From Dimorphilus gyrociliatus (lineage: Eukaryota; Animalia; Annelida), in the NCBI GenBank assembly GCA_904063045.1, contig CAJFCJ010000006.1:434001-498000 (forward strand): DNA of 64,000 nucleotides, written 5' to 3'. Both the position numbers and the translations under genes were made by a program. Shown piece after piece: positions 1-13,670 of the stretch (position 1 is its first letter; every line of letters begins with the position of its first letter). The notes below the pieces were generated by a model. The model saw nothing but the letters and a program-made list of their open reading frames with translations. It was not told the origin of the DNA and did no database searches.

Positions 1-3000
1 TGAGCATTTTCCTCTTCTTCATCGTCGGAATCGTCATCGTCGACATCGTCCTCATCAGAATGATGTTCCTCCTCCTCTATCATGAATGAATCTGCTCCTG
101 TCTCACCGTCATTCTCGTGAACATTTTCATTGTTTCCTTCTAAAGTTTCTTCATGAGCATCCTCTTCCATTTCATCATCATTGTCTTCGTCATCATCTTC
201 ATCATTGTGATGACGAGGTGTGGAAGATGCAGAAATGATAACATCTCCGATAATTTCATTACCTTCAGGTTCATCTCCCACAACATCTTGTAATATATCT
301 TCAATGAGTTCTTCGAGTCCTTCAGCAGCTTCATTCTATAACAATATTATATATAGAAATATAAGTGACATATTCAATTTTGTCTTCGTTACCGTTTCTG
401 AAACATTCATGACAGTTCCATCTGTTGGATCAACTGCGAGCGTTGTATCGGGACCTTCTTCTTCGGCTGTCGGTTCAACATCCAACCTCGAGCTATCACC
501 TTCCTGAGGAATCGATTGATTTTCCTCTGTTGTGACTGCTAATTCGGTATTTGAACGTCTTGTTTTTGGCTTTTTTGAAGTTGCTGCAGTTGTCTGAGGC
601 TGATTAACAAGTCTAGTTAGCAATTCAAGTGGACGAAGTGCTTGATTTATCGTTGGAACCAAGTATCGTCCTGATAAATCTAAAGAATGAACTATTCTAG
701 CCAAATCGACAACAAGATTTTTCTTAACTAGTAGCTTCACTATATTAGACATTCCTCCCGTTTGCTTCTGATCGATGAAGAGGGACCGGCCTCCTCCGGG
801 TAAACTGCTACTCGGTGGTGGACAAGCATCAATAGCTGTATTTATAAGCGAACAAAGTGCCTGCATATTTTCATGCTTCGCTCGGCTCTCTGGCATAACA
901 ACGGCTTTTTGAAGACTAATTTTCAGTTCGTTTACTAAACAACTCTGAGCCTCAGGCACATGTGAACAGGAAGCAATACAGGCCACAAGAGTTCGTACAA
1001 GTGGATTACATTCCCGAATATTTGTTTTATCATTACTTGCACCTTCCACTGTTAGTAGTTCGTTCAGAGCATATGATAATACTGAACAGTCCTAAAAGCA
1101 AAATAAATTGTTTAAAATTCTTCTATTTATGTAGTACAAACTTTTCCTGAAGATTGATCAGTGACTAGATAAACGCATGGAGTATACGCTCTTACAATTT
1201 CAGCAATCAGGCATAGTAATGAACCTTTATTAAACATGTATTCAAACTTGCTGTCGTTTTCGATAGTTGAATCTTCAACATTCATTGGAGTTGCTAAAAT
1301 TAAAAGAAGTTATTTAAACAATAAAGGAAATATGATTGTACCTTCTGAGTTATTTTCAAGAAGCATTCTTTTCATAGTGAAGAATATATCTATGATAAAT
1401 TTGGAATCCGCTTTTGCAAGCTCATTTTTGTTTGGAAGAGGATTTTTCACCTCCAAGCATTGAGGCTGGTTGGTGGTATGTAATTTTGCCTCATCTTCTT
1501 CTAGAATATAAAAAATGATAGAGCTTTGTATAATTTTTAGGTTTTTTACCTTTACTTATCAATGGTAAAGCTATGCAGAGTAATTGCTGAGCAGTACGGT
1601 CGAATGCTTCTTCATTTCGAGCGCAAGCTGGGGCTAAACAACGTAATATGCAGTACATTTCTTTCTTAGGTATGCCTCCAAAGTCCATATTTTGAGATGA
1701 AGCAACAGCAGATTTTATAACTTTTTCCATCGTGTGCTTCATGAGAACTTCATCATGTTCCAAGACATGACGAATGATCAGTGTACTCATTGTTATGAAT
1801 CCTTGGAAAGGTGGTTTAACGGAACGAAGATTTAGCAGTAGCTTTACGCCATCTTCATTATAAAATTCCAAAGCATGATCTTTTTGACGTGTAACTCTCA
1901 AAATTAATCTTGTAACAGCATTTAATAATGACTCGTCAATATTATCACGTTTCCGTAAGATATGTAGCATTGCTCTAGATTCATAATTTCAATCAATCAA
2001 TAAGTTTACAGATTATTTAAATTACTTACTGTAAAACGAAGCTCATGGTAGAGGTTGATGACAAACTGCTAACAGCGTAGCTAACAGCCCTCTTTGTTTC
2101 TTCTGCACCTACAGCAGGAGGTACGGTGAGATCTGCACTGGCTGAAGTGACTGTAGATGCACTAGAAGGAGCGAGATTTTCTTTGAAATTTTTAACAACA
2201 TCCAATCCCTCAAGCGTTGCCGCATTAACAGTTGTATCTCCCGTTTCAATTAAGTTTTTCTTTTCAATAAGCTGGACTGGTCGTCGCTTACCAGTTTCTT
2301 CATTAATCTAAGATTTTTAAAATGAAATTTTGCCTTAAATTTAATAAGACTTACTTGAACCATATTTAATAAATCAATTTTGTAATTACGCCGGCTGGCC
2401 GTAAATTTAATAAAATCTCTCCCATCTTTGATTGCCTCGTCAATTTGTTTTGCAGTTCCTTCATTGAAACTACACCATTTATTAGATCTGTCATCTAACC
2501 ACTTCCACTCATATTTGTTTGTATTCTACAAATACAAATATACTTAAAATTAAGAGCTGAAGTGTATATATACTCACGAGAAGGGCTTCCAATTCAGAAT
2601 GTCTTTGAGAAGACACAGCTACTTTTTCATATAAATCAACAAGAACCAGAGCAGGAGTGATCCATCTGAAATACAAGAAAAGAGTTGCAGGATATATTTC
2701 CAAACAAAAATCTAAATGTTTACTTATTTAACGACTCAGGAATTATTGGTTGATTGAACTGGTCTTTACAAGTGAAAAGACATTTTGCAATATTTCCTAA
2801 TAGGTTTGTTCTCTCGATAACAACGGCTACTTGAGTACCTAAATCTTGAATTAGCAGGCACAACAGATGTAACCGAACAGCCAATTTACGTTGGATTTCT
2901 ATTTCATCTTTTTTGACTCCAGTTAAAGTATCAAGGCAGCGAGAGATGACATGAGCATTAATCTGTTTTAAAAATTATGTAACTTTTGCGAGATGAATAT

Positions 3001-6000
3001 TAGAACTTACATCATCACAAATTGTTTCTACAAGATATCTTGTCCAGTCTTGACCATTGCGCTTTGAAACTGTTACAAATATTTCACACACTTTGAAAGT
3101 ACAGTCGGGATAATCATCCACAGCTTTTATGCATCCTGGTATTAAAGCTTCAACAAATCTATCCAGATCTTCTGTACTGATAGGATCACAGGGAATCGGA
3201 AGGCTCTCCTTAATATCTATTTCATTTAGGCATTCAGCTTTTGAACTCTCTCTCTTAACCTCAGCTGCAGCCAAAGCGGCGGCAGCAGCTCCAGAAGAAA
3301 CAGAAGGCGCCCCTCCGACTCCTTCCATAGATAATTGTACAGCACGGCGCAGGTTCTCTTCCTCATCTGCCATATCGACATCTCCAACATCATCATCGGG
3401 TAAATCCATATGGGCCAGAATCCAATCAGTTGCTCCTTCTAAACTGTTTGTTTGTCGCAGAGCTCGTGCCACTAGTGCAGGTCTGAACCCCATATCTATA
3501 AGGAGGCTCATATGGGTTCGATTTGGAGATGTTGGTCTTGGAGCAGGAGACATTTCACCACTTTCTACATCCGTCAACCACTTAGAAACAGCCGCACTCG
3601 ACCCATCTTTATTTCCATCTTTTTTTCCGTCTTTGTTATGTTGTACATTATTCTCTGAAGATAAAATATGGCACAAAATAGATAGAGTTGCTTGACTTAA
3701 ACGTTCTCCGTATCCTTTAATGGGACACTTATTCCACAAATTGTTAGAAATCAGTGAGAATATCTCTTTTTGGAATCCCATCATAAAGGCAATATCATTA
3801 AACAAAGTTTTTGGTACTAATGTATGAATTGAAACAAGAAAAATTTTTGGATTAACTAGTCTTTCCGCTAGCAAGAGCCAAGAATCTAAAAATTCTCCAA
3901 CACCATCTGGAACACTGTTTTCATTTTTACTTTCGTTTTCTCCATATTCTAAAACCCACTTAAAAGCATCGACAAGCGCCTTCTGGCCTCCAGCTTGAAA
4001 AAATTTATACATCATCAAATGATATGCCTGTTTTTTCTCATCGAACAACATTGGCATAGTAAATCCAACCGAGCAGATGAGAAATGTTAATCTAAGACGT
4101 GGTAAATTTTCTAAATCAGGTGGTATCTTCCATGTCAGGCCTGCAGTAAGTAGTTGGGTCAACGTTGTCGCTATTGCTTTCGCTGCTTCAGTTGGAGCTG
4201 TCGGTGCTGGTGGATGTTGACGAGGTCTTACTCTTGAAGTTGTTCCAACGGCCATTTTAGAAAGCACTCCAAATAAGTCTGCCAGAGCTCGTCCCAGTCG
4301 AGATGTTACTGACAATAAGGGTTTTAAGAATTTTATTTTCGCTTGATTTTGGGCATGCTTTAAGAGCTTTTCGTTCTTTTGTTCGCCTTCGATTTCCATA
4401 GCCTGTGGAGGAGAATGATCGGCGGTGGATAAACTTTCCATCGCTCGAGAAACCCCATTCCCATCGCCTAAAGAAGAAGCTTCTCCAGTTCTTTTTAATT
4501 CTTTAACCATCACTTCAGTCAAAATATTCAGTTCTTGCCTCCCTGGAGCTGAATTTGGATAGTTGGTGTTCGATTCAGAACACAGCCCCAGCAAAACTGT
4601 ACTCTCCCAAACTAAAGCCAAATATAACTTACATAATGTTTGAACAATTTGATAATTTGGTGGAGAACCAAGGAGATTTAAATTTCTGTTACGAGCCTCT
4701 GCAATAGACTGCTTGCAAGTATTCATCATAGTGATAACATAAGCATGAACAGAAGTTAAACTGTGTAACATTGGAGATTTGTCTGGGTTTGTCAAGGCAT
4801 CGAAAGGATCGTCACTGGCAGCCAATTCTTGTACAAGTAGTGAAGTTCGGGGTTGCTCATTTACATTATGCATTCGTTCAAGCCTTTCGAGAACAGGTTG
4901 TATTCTAAGGCAACACGCGCTTAAAACGCATTGATTTCTTGAAAGAATCATTATGCTTTTGCATACAGTTGATGTCGCCTGGCATGCAGTAGAGAGAGGG
5001 AAATCAAGAGGCAAATTTCGCATATCAAAAATATTCATTAGGGGAACTAAACCATTTTGATTTAAGAATTCTTTACAATGATCATCAGTCGTATTGTTTG
5101 AAAGGATAGCATCAACAAATTTCATCTGAAAAGATTTAATTACTTAATCCAAAAAAAATTTTAGTTTTTAGGTTCAAGCTTACCACGTTGACAATGTAAT
5201 CTAAAAGTGGAATAGGTATCTGCCTTGCATCAGATACTTTAGATTTTGCCTCTACAGCTGGAGCAGTAGTTTCTGTGGAAGAAGATTCTTGCATTGCCAC
5301 TCGTTCAACATCATCTGTTTCATCATCTTCCTCATCATCGCGATCATCGTCTTCAGATGAACTCTCTTCATCTTCGGCAGTTCCTTGAGGTGGTGCAGTT
5401 GAACCAACATTCCCAGCAACATCCGTATTTCTCCGATCAGTTTCAGACATTACACCATCTGGAGTTGCACTGTGAGCAGCACCAATTGCAGCGGTTGAAG
5501 CAGTTGTCTGTGTCGAAAAATAATGATTAGTATTTATGAATAAACTATAATCCATCATACTAATAAGCCTGCAGCATGAGTAGTTGCTCCAACTTTTTGA
5601 CAGACATATGTCGGATCATTTCCTAGTTTGCACAATTGATTTAGTAATCTGATTATTGCTTTAGTTGCTTCTGTTCTTAAAGATGGTTGATGTCGCATCA
5701 ATTCATCCATAGCAGATCCTAGATTCGAAGCTGTATCTCTTGATCCCACTGAATCAGATGTTCTACGACGCTTCATTGCGGGCAGGTAGTAAGGTGACAG
5801 TAGAACTTTGAATAAACGTTTGAATGGCTGGCATTTAACAAATGCTTCCAGACCGCGTGTATTCAAGCAAAGTGCGCTGAAAACATTTGGTAGAGATGCA
5901 AGAACTTCCCTCGTTGCTGGTACATCCTTAATAAGTAAAGCATGTAAGACCACGTCTGTTAATCCACTATCTTGAAGAGAGGATAATAAAGAAGGTTCTT

Positions 6001-8605
6001 GGAAAACGTATACAGTAACAACATCCGTGGCTGTAAATAAAATGATCAAATATACGAACATCACAATAATTATACTAATACCTAATAAAAAGAGAGATGG
6101 CCCGTAGTAGTCAGCATTTGATATTAAGTGCCGCAGTGCACCCGGTAAAGCTCCCTCCATAACTAAATAAAGCTAATAAGTTAAAATTTAGCTGTGTGCG
6201 CAGACACTTACGATGTCGAATACTATCCGAAAATGAAACATCAGGTATGGCTTTTTTTATGAAATTCAGCATTGATTTTAACAGAGCTGAACGTTGAGGA
6301 TAGCATTGCCGACCTGAAAAATTTCTTTTAGTTTTGATTTGCATAGAATATGGTCAAAACCTTTGGGTTGAATTTTAGTTGTTAAAATGCTCTTTTGTAA
6401 ATCGTAGTAATCATTCTCCTCGGACGCCAGTTCGTCTACTTCCATAGCACCAGATCCTGATCCACTTTCTTCTGTTTTTTCAAAGGGAACAATCTCGTAA
6501 GACTGCTCTTCTCGACATATTTGAATTTCATGCTGGAGAAAATATATTCATAAGAAAAAATTCCTTTGAAAATAGTTCAGAAATTGTGATTGAACAACAT
6601 CAGATGGCCCCTGTGCACGCTCTAGAGCATCAGTTATCAGGAATAAAGAACAGCTCACCAGCTGTAATTCATCCAGCGTGCCCTCTCATCATGAAAATTT
6701 CAAAGTCCTACAGTAGTCTTTAACAAAATTTTTTATCATACCTGTAACCGGTCATTAAAAGCTTGAAGACCGGAGTGAGATGTAAAGGCAGACATATCCA
6801 TGTTTGTAATTAAATCGACAACTCGGACCGCTCTTGTCACATACTAGAAACAATGTATTGCTTCACAATTAATTTATAATATGAAAGAAATTCCTTACCA
6901 TAATATTTTCCTGATTTTCACTGAACCACTTTATGACTTTAATCAAAGATTCCATCATTCCACAAGAAACAAGAGAATCGCAGCCATTTTCGTAGCTGGC
7001 TAAGTGGTATAAAAAACTGAAAAGAGACGTGGCAAAAGTTTGAGGGAACGGCTTTCGTTCTGGATCTGTCATATTTTGAATGCAGTTCCGTACTAGAACT
7101 GGTAGAAATCCATGGTAGGATGATGCTCCAGTTGCTTCAATTATGTTGGTCAACCTGCTAACATCTTGAGTTATTAAATTTTAGGAGAATGCATATTATC
7201 ATACTTAGATGGAATGTCCAAATTAATGAAAGCCGTTAATGTTTTCAAGGCAGCTGCTTTTATTTCCATCATTGAATTACAGATTTCATCATCAGCCTTA
7301 AATGATAGTAAAGTTAGGATTGATACATGAAAATATTAATGAGATTTACTTCCAGTTGAAGAAGTTCAACTAACTCTTCAACCAAGCCATTGTAAAACAG
7401 TTTATTCTGGAAAGCAGAGAACATGTTTGCGTAAATCAGTATAGATATCGCCGCAAGTCGGGAGGCAACCAGTTGTAATCGAGCTGATCTTTGTAAAAAG
7501 TATCTTGCTAGTCTTAGTCTATTATAAACATGAAGCCGTTCACTCTCTGGAATACTGCTACGCGTAACTAAATCATCCATAATCTCTGCAGCACTCCTAG
7601 GATCGCTAGTCAGGTTCTCCTCGTGAACAACAATCATCAGCTTATTAAAGAAATATATAAACGATTATTTTTAATAATTTTATTTGAAGACCTACTTTAT
7701 CTGTTTCTTTTCCATCATCAACATAACATTCGCAATGTAATGTTGAGGCTCCCGTTGGAAAAGTAACTGACCCATCAGGTTTACAGCAATCTGCCAAACC
7801 AAATCCATTTTCTCGCCCTCCCCAACTCTATAATTAAGCATAGTTCTTTTAAACCAGAAATAATATTTTACTACGAACCTCGGCTAATAAGACTAAGCGC
7901 ATACATATTTGTTCTCGACTTCTTTCATTTAATCTTGCTATGAAGTTAGATCGTTTACTGAAAGAAATTGTTAATTACATACAGCGTAAATATTTTTTAA
8001 AAATAACTCACCTGAACACATAAAGTAGATTCAATACACAGAGAACTATGCTGAAGTTCGTGGATCCAAGAAGTACAAGTAGATGATCTAATGAATTATA
8101 AAGATGTCGAGTGAAACTATGCTCTACTAAATGAGCAGTAAAATTCAAAACTTCCAAGGTAAGTTCTCTTAGCTGAAATGAATATTGTCAATTTACATGT
8201 GTTTTTTTTTTAGCATACTAACTTTATCTTCCTCGGGACTATCAATTCTGATACAATATGAATTTTCTTGTTTAGATTGAACTGCTTTGTCAAGAATACT
8301 ATCAAAACGGTCTAGTACATTGGCCCAGAAATACAACTCACACTGCCAAATAGATTTAAGTTAAATTAGCTAAACAAAAACAAATTGCCTTACCTTTCCA
8401 TAAGACCAACTCTTAAGCTTACGGAGCTCGTCTACTAGTTCATCGTCCGAGCATTTTAATATGTCGTTTATTACTTGCTTACACTCAGGGGTCTATCGAA
8501 TGATTAATCTCAATTACACAATTCTACCTAATAAAAATATGGACAAAATATTTTACTTACAATTTCGTTAGAAGTGCGTTTGATTTTTGTTCTATCGATT
8601 TTCAT
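1..8605 (-). CDS. HUWE1: E3 ubiquitin ligase HUWE1, N-terminal part (ARM/DUF908-913, UBA, UIM, WWE, acidic region); multi-exon, 3' end lies beyond the left edge
   Basis: ATG at 8605 gives [15 protein letters not shown] (human MKVDRTKLKKTPTE). Next exons encode W(GGR)[13 protein letters not shown] ([31 protein letters not shown]), UIM ([13 protein letters not shown]) and WWE ([11 protein letters not shown]...[11 protein letters not shown]). ORF fragments 336-1049, 1491-1970, 2975-5125, 5555-6160, 6869-7153 and 7314-7637 are joined by short GT-AG introns. HECT domain is not in the window. Confidence 0.95.
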
Positions 8606-9410
8606 AATAGTATTTTAATTCTCAAATTTGCTTTAATGATAAATCTTCATTCTATTGAATTACGAAATTCCAACTTGAAGGTCTCATACCTGTTCAAAAG
8701 TCAAATTTTAGATAAAACAACATATTTGTGGGTAAATCTTTTTGTAAAAATCGTTTTAGTTTTTTATACAATCCTTTTACAACGTTGGAAAATATTAGGT
8801 TAAAACATGGGCTTGACGTAATCTTTTAACGAATAAATTGAACTAAACGAAAATTTAATGGTAATGTCTGATTGAATCAGACTGTCTTAATTCTATCACT
8901 ATTGTGCTCTCTAGCTCGATATATTACTTTATTCTTATTGAAAGATAAATAAAATTGCTTACTCTAAATTATAAATATTTTTATTGTTAAACAAAATATT
9001 AAAATTAAAAATCGAGTATACTCACGAATAACGCCATCTTTAGCGGAAAGATGCGGAATAGGATACTTCTGTTGTCTGAAATACAACCGTCAACTAAATA
9101 AGATGAATATTCATAAACGTTAGCCTGTGGTGATTGGCCAACGTGTCCACTAGATGGCTAAATATTATCCGGGTTATTTGTTTGGACGACTATGGCGGAT
9201 ACTGAATACAACAAATAGTTCTCTAAGTTCAATTTTTCTACTAACATTTAATTGAATTTCTCTGGATTCCTTTTATAAATTAATAAAAATTTTGTGGAAT
9301 ATATCAACCATTATTTTAAGCACCTACTTATGACATTTTGACGACTGAATTTAACGAAAATGCGGTAAAGGACACAAAAAAGCAGCCGATGTTGAAACGT
9401 GTTCTTAATT

Positions 9411-12400
9411 ATGTCAAGTTCTACAAGTGATGTAAACAAAAGACGTCGAATTCATCACGATTATAGAAGATTATCTTCCTCAGGATACGTTGACGATTAC
9501 ACATCCACTCAAAGAGATTTAAAGTATGCAATTGAAAGTAGCGAAATAAATCAATCTATGTCTACAACCACGGATATGTCTGATAATCAACAAAAACTGA
9601 GACAAAAGAAGGACTTTCCCAGCTCCTCAGTGAAAATGAATTCTCTGAATGCTTCAGGAAGACCTAAACATTGTACTGATATTTCTCGTCGAACTGAGCG
9701 TTTAAGGTATACCAACCGATTGGTCTCAGAAAAGCGAGAAAAGCCTGACCCTACCAATCGGGGTATTCAACAGAAAAACCTTGAAGAAGGTGTAAAAGGT
9801 GACCTGAAACTCTCGGAAAAAAATTCGCCGGTCTGCCATGATCAATTTTCAAACGAAACCCCCGAAAAATGTTCATCTTCAAAAATGAATCGCTCTCCTA
9901 TAGTTAAGGAAATGTCGAATGATATTTATCCAGAAACAGATAAAACATCTGAGATAAACTTGACTAAGAATAATGAACTAGGAGATTGTACAGAAAAAAA
10001 CCAGGAAGCATCAATGGAACTTCCTGAATCCATGGAAAAATCTTACAAATTATCTAGTCGTGATGCTACTATTGGCCATATCTTAACAACCTGTACGAAA
10101 GAAAAATTTATTGATAAAGTACACTTGACTGTTGCAACGTCCGCTGTTGGAGAATCTAATGTCCCTTCGAAAACACCAAATGATCAATTAGTTTCCCAAG
10201 AAAACGCTGAAAATAATAGCTCAATAAATATTTCAAAGGGGGCTACTGTTAAAAATGGTAAGATTGAATATATAAATGACCAAGATGCTGTATTAAAAGA
10301 AAATGGCAACGATAAATCAGCTGTTAACCCTAATGATAGCGAAAAACCTCATAAATCTGAAGAGAATACAAGTATTCAGAAAGAGGGAAAAATGAATACT
10401 TCATCACCCTTGATCAAAGTAGAAAATTCCAATTCGAAACCAGTTTTACATAAACAAGAGAAAAAAAATCCGGATATGTTTACTCTGATGCAATTATATA
10501 AGCCAAAGGAGGAGAAAAACATGATGGGGAAAAGTGAGACGAAAAATATTCCAAAGCTAAATATATTAAAAGATTCAATGTCTTTGATTTGTACTGACTT
10601 ACCGCAATCTCACAGATTAAAAAGCAAAGTAAATAAAGAAAAGGACACCACTCAGGACCAATCTATTTACTTGAACAAAGATGGGCAAGGAAAACACTCA
10701 AAATTTCTTACATCTAAGCAAGAATCATCATCAAAACTTAGTGACAGTGACGCAAAAAGAGAGAGACAAAAAGTAAAATCTACCTCTCCAAAATCAGGCA
10801 CTAATCATTCCCATAAAAGAAAAAGGGAAAAAGACCAAAATAGTTCTATGATAATAGAACAGGCTAATAATCAAGAGGAAAAAGAGGCAAAATTTGGAAA
10901 TTCCGCCTCAAACGACTGTAAACGAGTCTCAGAAAATCAGGAGAAACGGGACAAAGTCAGTATCTCGTCCAAAAAGAAACACAAGCAGAAACAACTCAAG
11001 GATCACTTATCAAATGTTACCATCAAAGATGTATCAGATAATGAATGTAAGAAAGTAAAAGTTGTGAAAGTATCCTCAAAGAAGAACAAATCATTAGACT
11101 CAGAGGAATCAAGCAAATTATCAGAAAAGAAGGAAATAAAGAAAAAGATGGGTCCTTTATCGAAGAAAGAAATGGAAAGTATCGAGAATAGTCCGACTTG
11201 CGCTGGGAATTCAATACCATTAAACAGAAATGATACATATGGTGATCCGGATAAAAAACCGGAATCAGAACAAAAACAATCCAGTAAAACTTCATTAACA
11301 CCTGCAAGAAAGCACTATAAAGAGCAGAGCCCAGTCAAAAAAATTCAATCAAATTCTGATAAAGTTGACTGCACACCAACTAATGAAATGAATAATAAAC
11401 CAATAGTGAAAAGTGAAAGCTTTAACATTGACAAAAATAAATATGCAGTCACTCTACCTGGAATCTCTTCTGTTGAGGCTGTACAAAGAAAAAGGAAAAT
11501 ACTAATAGAGAGTAGTGATTCTTATTTATCGTCAGATGATGATGAATTCTCTTCCAAACAAACTACGAATAAAATAGCAAAACAAAATAAGCCGAAAAAG
11601 AAAAAAAAGAAGTCAAAAGAAGAGCCAAAAAAACAAAGGTTTAACCCGGCTACTGTGCAAGCGGCCAAAATTGATCGTAAAGCTTTTTTGATGAGCAAAA
11701 CGTCGCTTCACAAAAAAATTTCATCTGATAAAGATCTTATACGGGTTGAGGTTAATCCGAATGGGGGAGCTTCGGTGCTACACGTTGAATCTGAAGATTT
11801 GCAGGATTTTTCGGACGAAAAAATGGAAGAGTTTGTGGATTTCTTTTTTAGAAAGTTATTTAACGAAACTGAACCAGGTGTTTGTGATCACGTGATGGGT
11901 ATAATTCACGGAGCTGCGGCCTATCTACCAGAACTAATCCATTACTTTGCCGATAATTTTGGATCCATGTACGTAAAAGTAGGTGTATTTGGGAGAAGCA
12001 GCGAATTGGAAACGACAACGATGGAGCAATATAGAGAGAATGTTTTGCGCAGCTACTCATATGGTACTCACCGAGCTGGAAATCTCGATCAAACGTCCCT
12101 CGTTGGCACTGTACATGAAGAAAGCGGGGCCTATTTCCCCCAATTTTTAGATGCTCTCGAAGCTGAACCTTTTCTGAGAGCTGTTATGCCCTGGGGTAGA
12201 TTATCGGCCCTAGAAGGTCTCGAACGAAATCGAAGTAATGATGGACCTATTTTATGGTCTAGACCTGGAGAACAAGTTGTTCCAACAGCCGAATTATGTA
12301 AATCCCCAATTAAGCAGCGAAGGAAAGGAGTAAATGAACTGAAAAATTTACACTACTTACCTCGCGCAACAGAACGACGGGAACAGCTGATTGAAGACCG

Positions 12401-12873
12401 CACTCGAGCTCATGCTGATCATGTGGGACAGGGACCAGATAGACACACTACTGCTGCTGTTGGGGTCCTGAAGGCGATACATGATTCACCCATTCAGCCC
12501 CCAACATACCAGAATAGAATCGTTAAAGACGTTGTCTGCTTTGACGCAAGCAATTTTATACAAGTTGTTAATGATTTGCAGCTGGACCTACATGAGCCGC
12601 CTGTATCCCAGGTAAAGATTATAAATTTTTTTATAATTACTGATAGTAAAGGAGTTTTTATTGCTCTTTTTGCAGTGTGTGACTTGGGTTGAAGATGCGA
12701 AATTAAACGAAATGAGACGAGCGGGCATCAAGTACGCACGCATATCACTGCGGGATAATGATATTTACTTTATCCCAAGAAATATTGTTCATCAGTTTAA
12801 AACAGTATGTTCAGTGACATCTCTAGCCTGGCATGTTCGACTAAAGGAATATTATCCTGAAAAAACTAAATAA
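9411..12873 (+). CDS. RSBN1: Round spermatid basic protein 1-like (RSBN1/RSBN1L, putative histone demethylase); 2 exons
   Basis: Long K/S/E-rich N-terminus, then conserved [39 protein letters not shown]|[44 protein letters not shown]. Intron 12612-12675 (GT-AG). First ATG at 9411; the ORF track used an upstream GTG. Confidence 0.92.
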
Positions 12874-13670
12874 TGTCCATATAAGAAGACCGATATTTTA
12901 TAGTTAATGAGGGTTATTGTACAGTACAAAAGATAAAAATAAACTGAAAGACAAATAATGCATATTTTACGAATCAAGAGATGAGAGTCCTTCGAGCTCC
13001 ATCTGTACTTTTCTCTTGAAGAAACTACTGCGAGTTGTTAATCACTATGAAAATTAGTTATTCAAATCGCGAATTGTCCAGTCTCGGTCGATTGAGTACT
13101 GATTAATTATTACTATTGGTAAGGTTTCACTAAGCATGTATGCTGCGTTTATTTTTTTACTTCATTCGGAATTCAAGACGAAACAGGCCATCGAGCAACT
13201 TGATCTTCTGTAAACCGACCGACTCGAGTGGCTATCGAAGGTGAAAAGTTTGCTTTTAAATCCCTGCATTATATACAGAGCAACGTGTAAATAAAGTTCA
13301 GATCTTCAGTTTTATCAGTTAATTTTTGCCTACATATTTTTTATACTGAGCCGACTCGTGCTCAGCCCTTCCCATTGACTAATTTCTGAGGCTGGGGCGT
13401 CCCAGTCGTTAAATATTTAAAATAGATCACATTATACACACATCATTTTATAATAAACCTTCGAATCTTTACTTTTCTAGTCAATTGTCTATGTACAATT
13501 TTTTTTGTAATTTATTAGTCTGCCTTATATTTTTATAGTCGGCATCCAATATGGCTTGACCTTGTTTACAGACAGTATAAACCCACCTCACAAGTTATTT
13601 TTTTTATCAAACGTCCTCTTTCTCTTATATAGGCATATTTACAAATACAATATGAGTCATTTTCTTCTGC

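Noticed and set aside
3129-3695. Plus-strand 188-aa ORF (also 220-507, 5294-5530, 19957-20295, 27745-28098, 37351-37572, 52142-52411, 63409-63669)
   Set aside because: Antisense shadows of well-supported coding exons, with no independent motifs.
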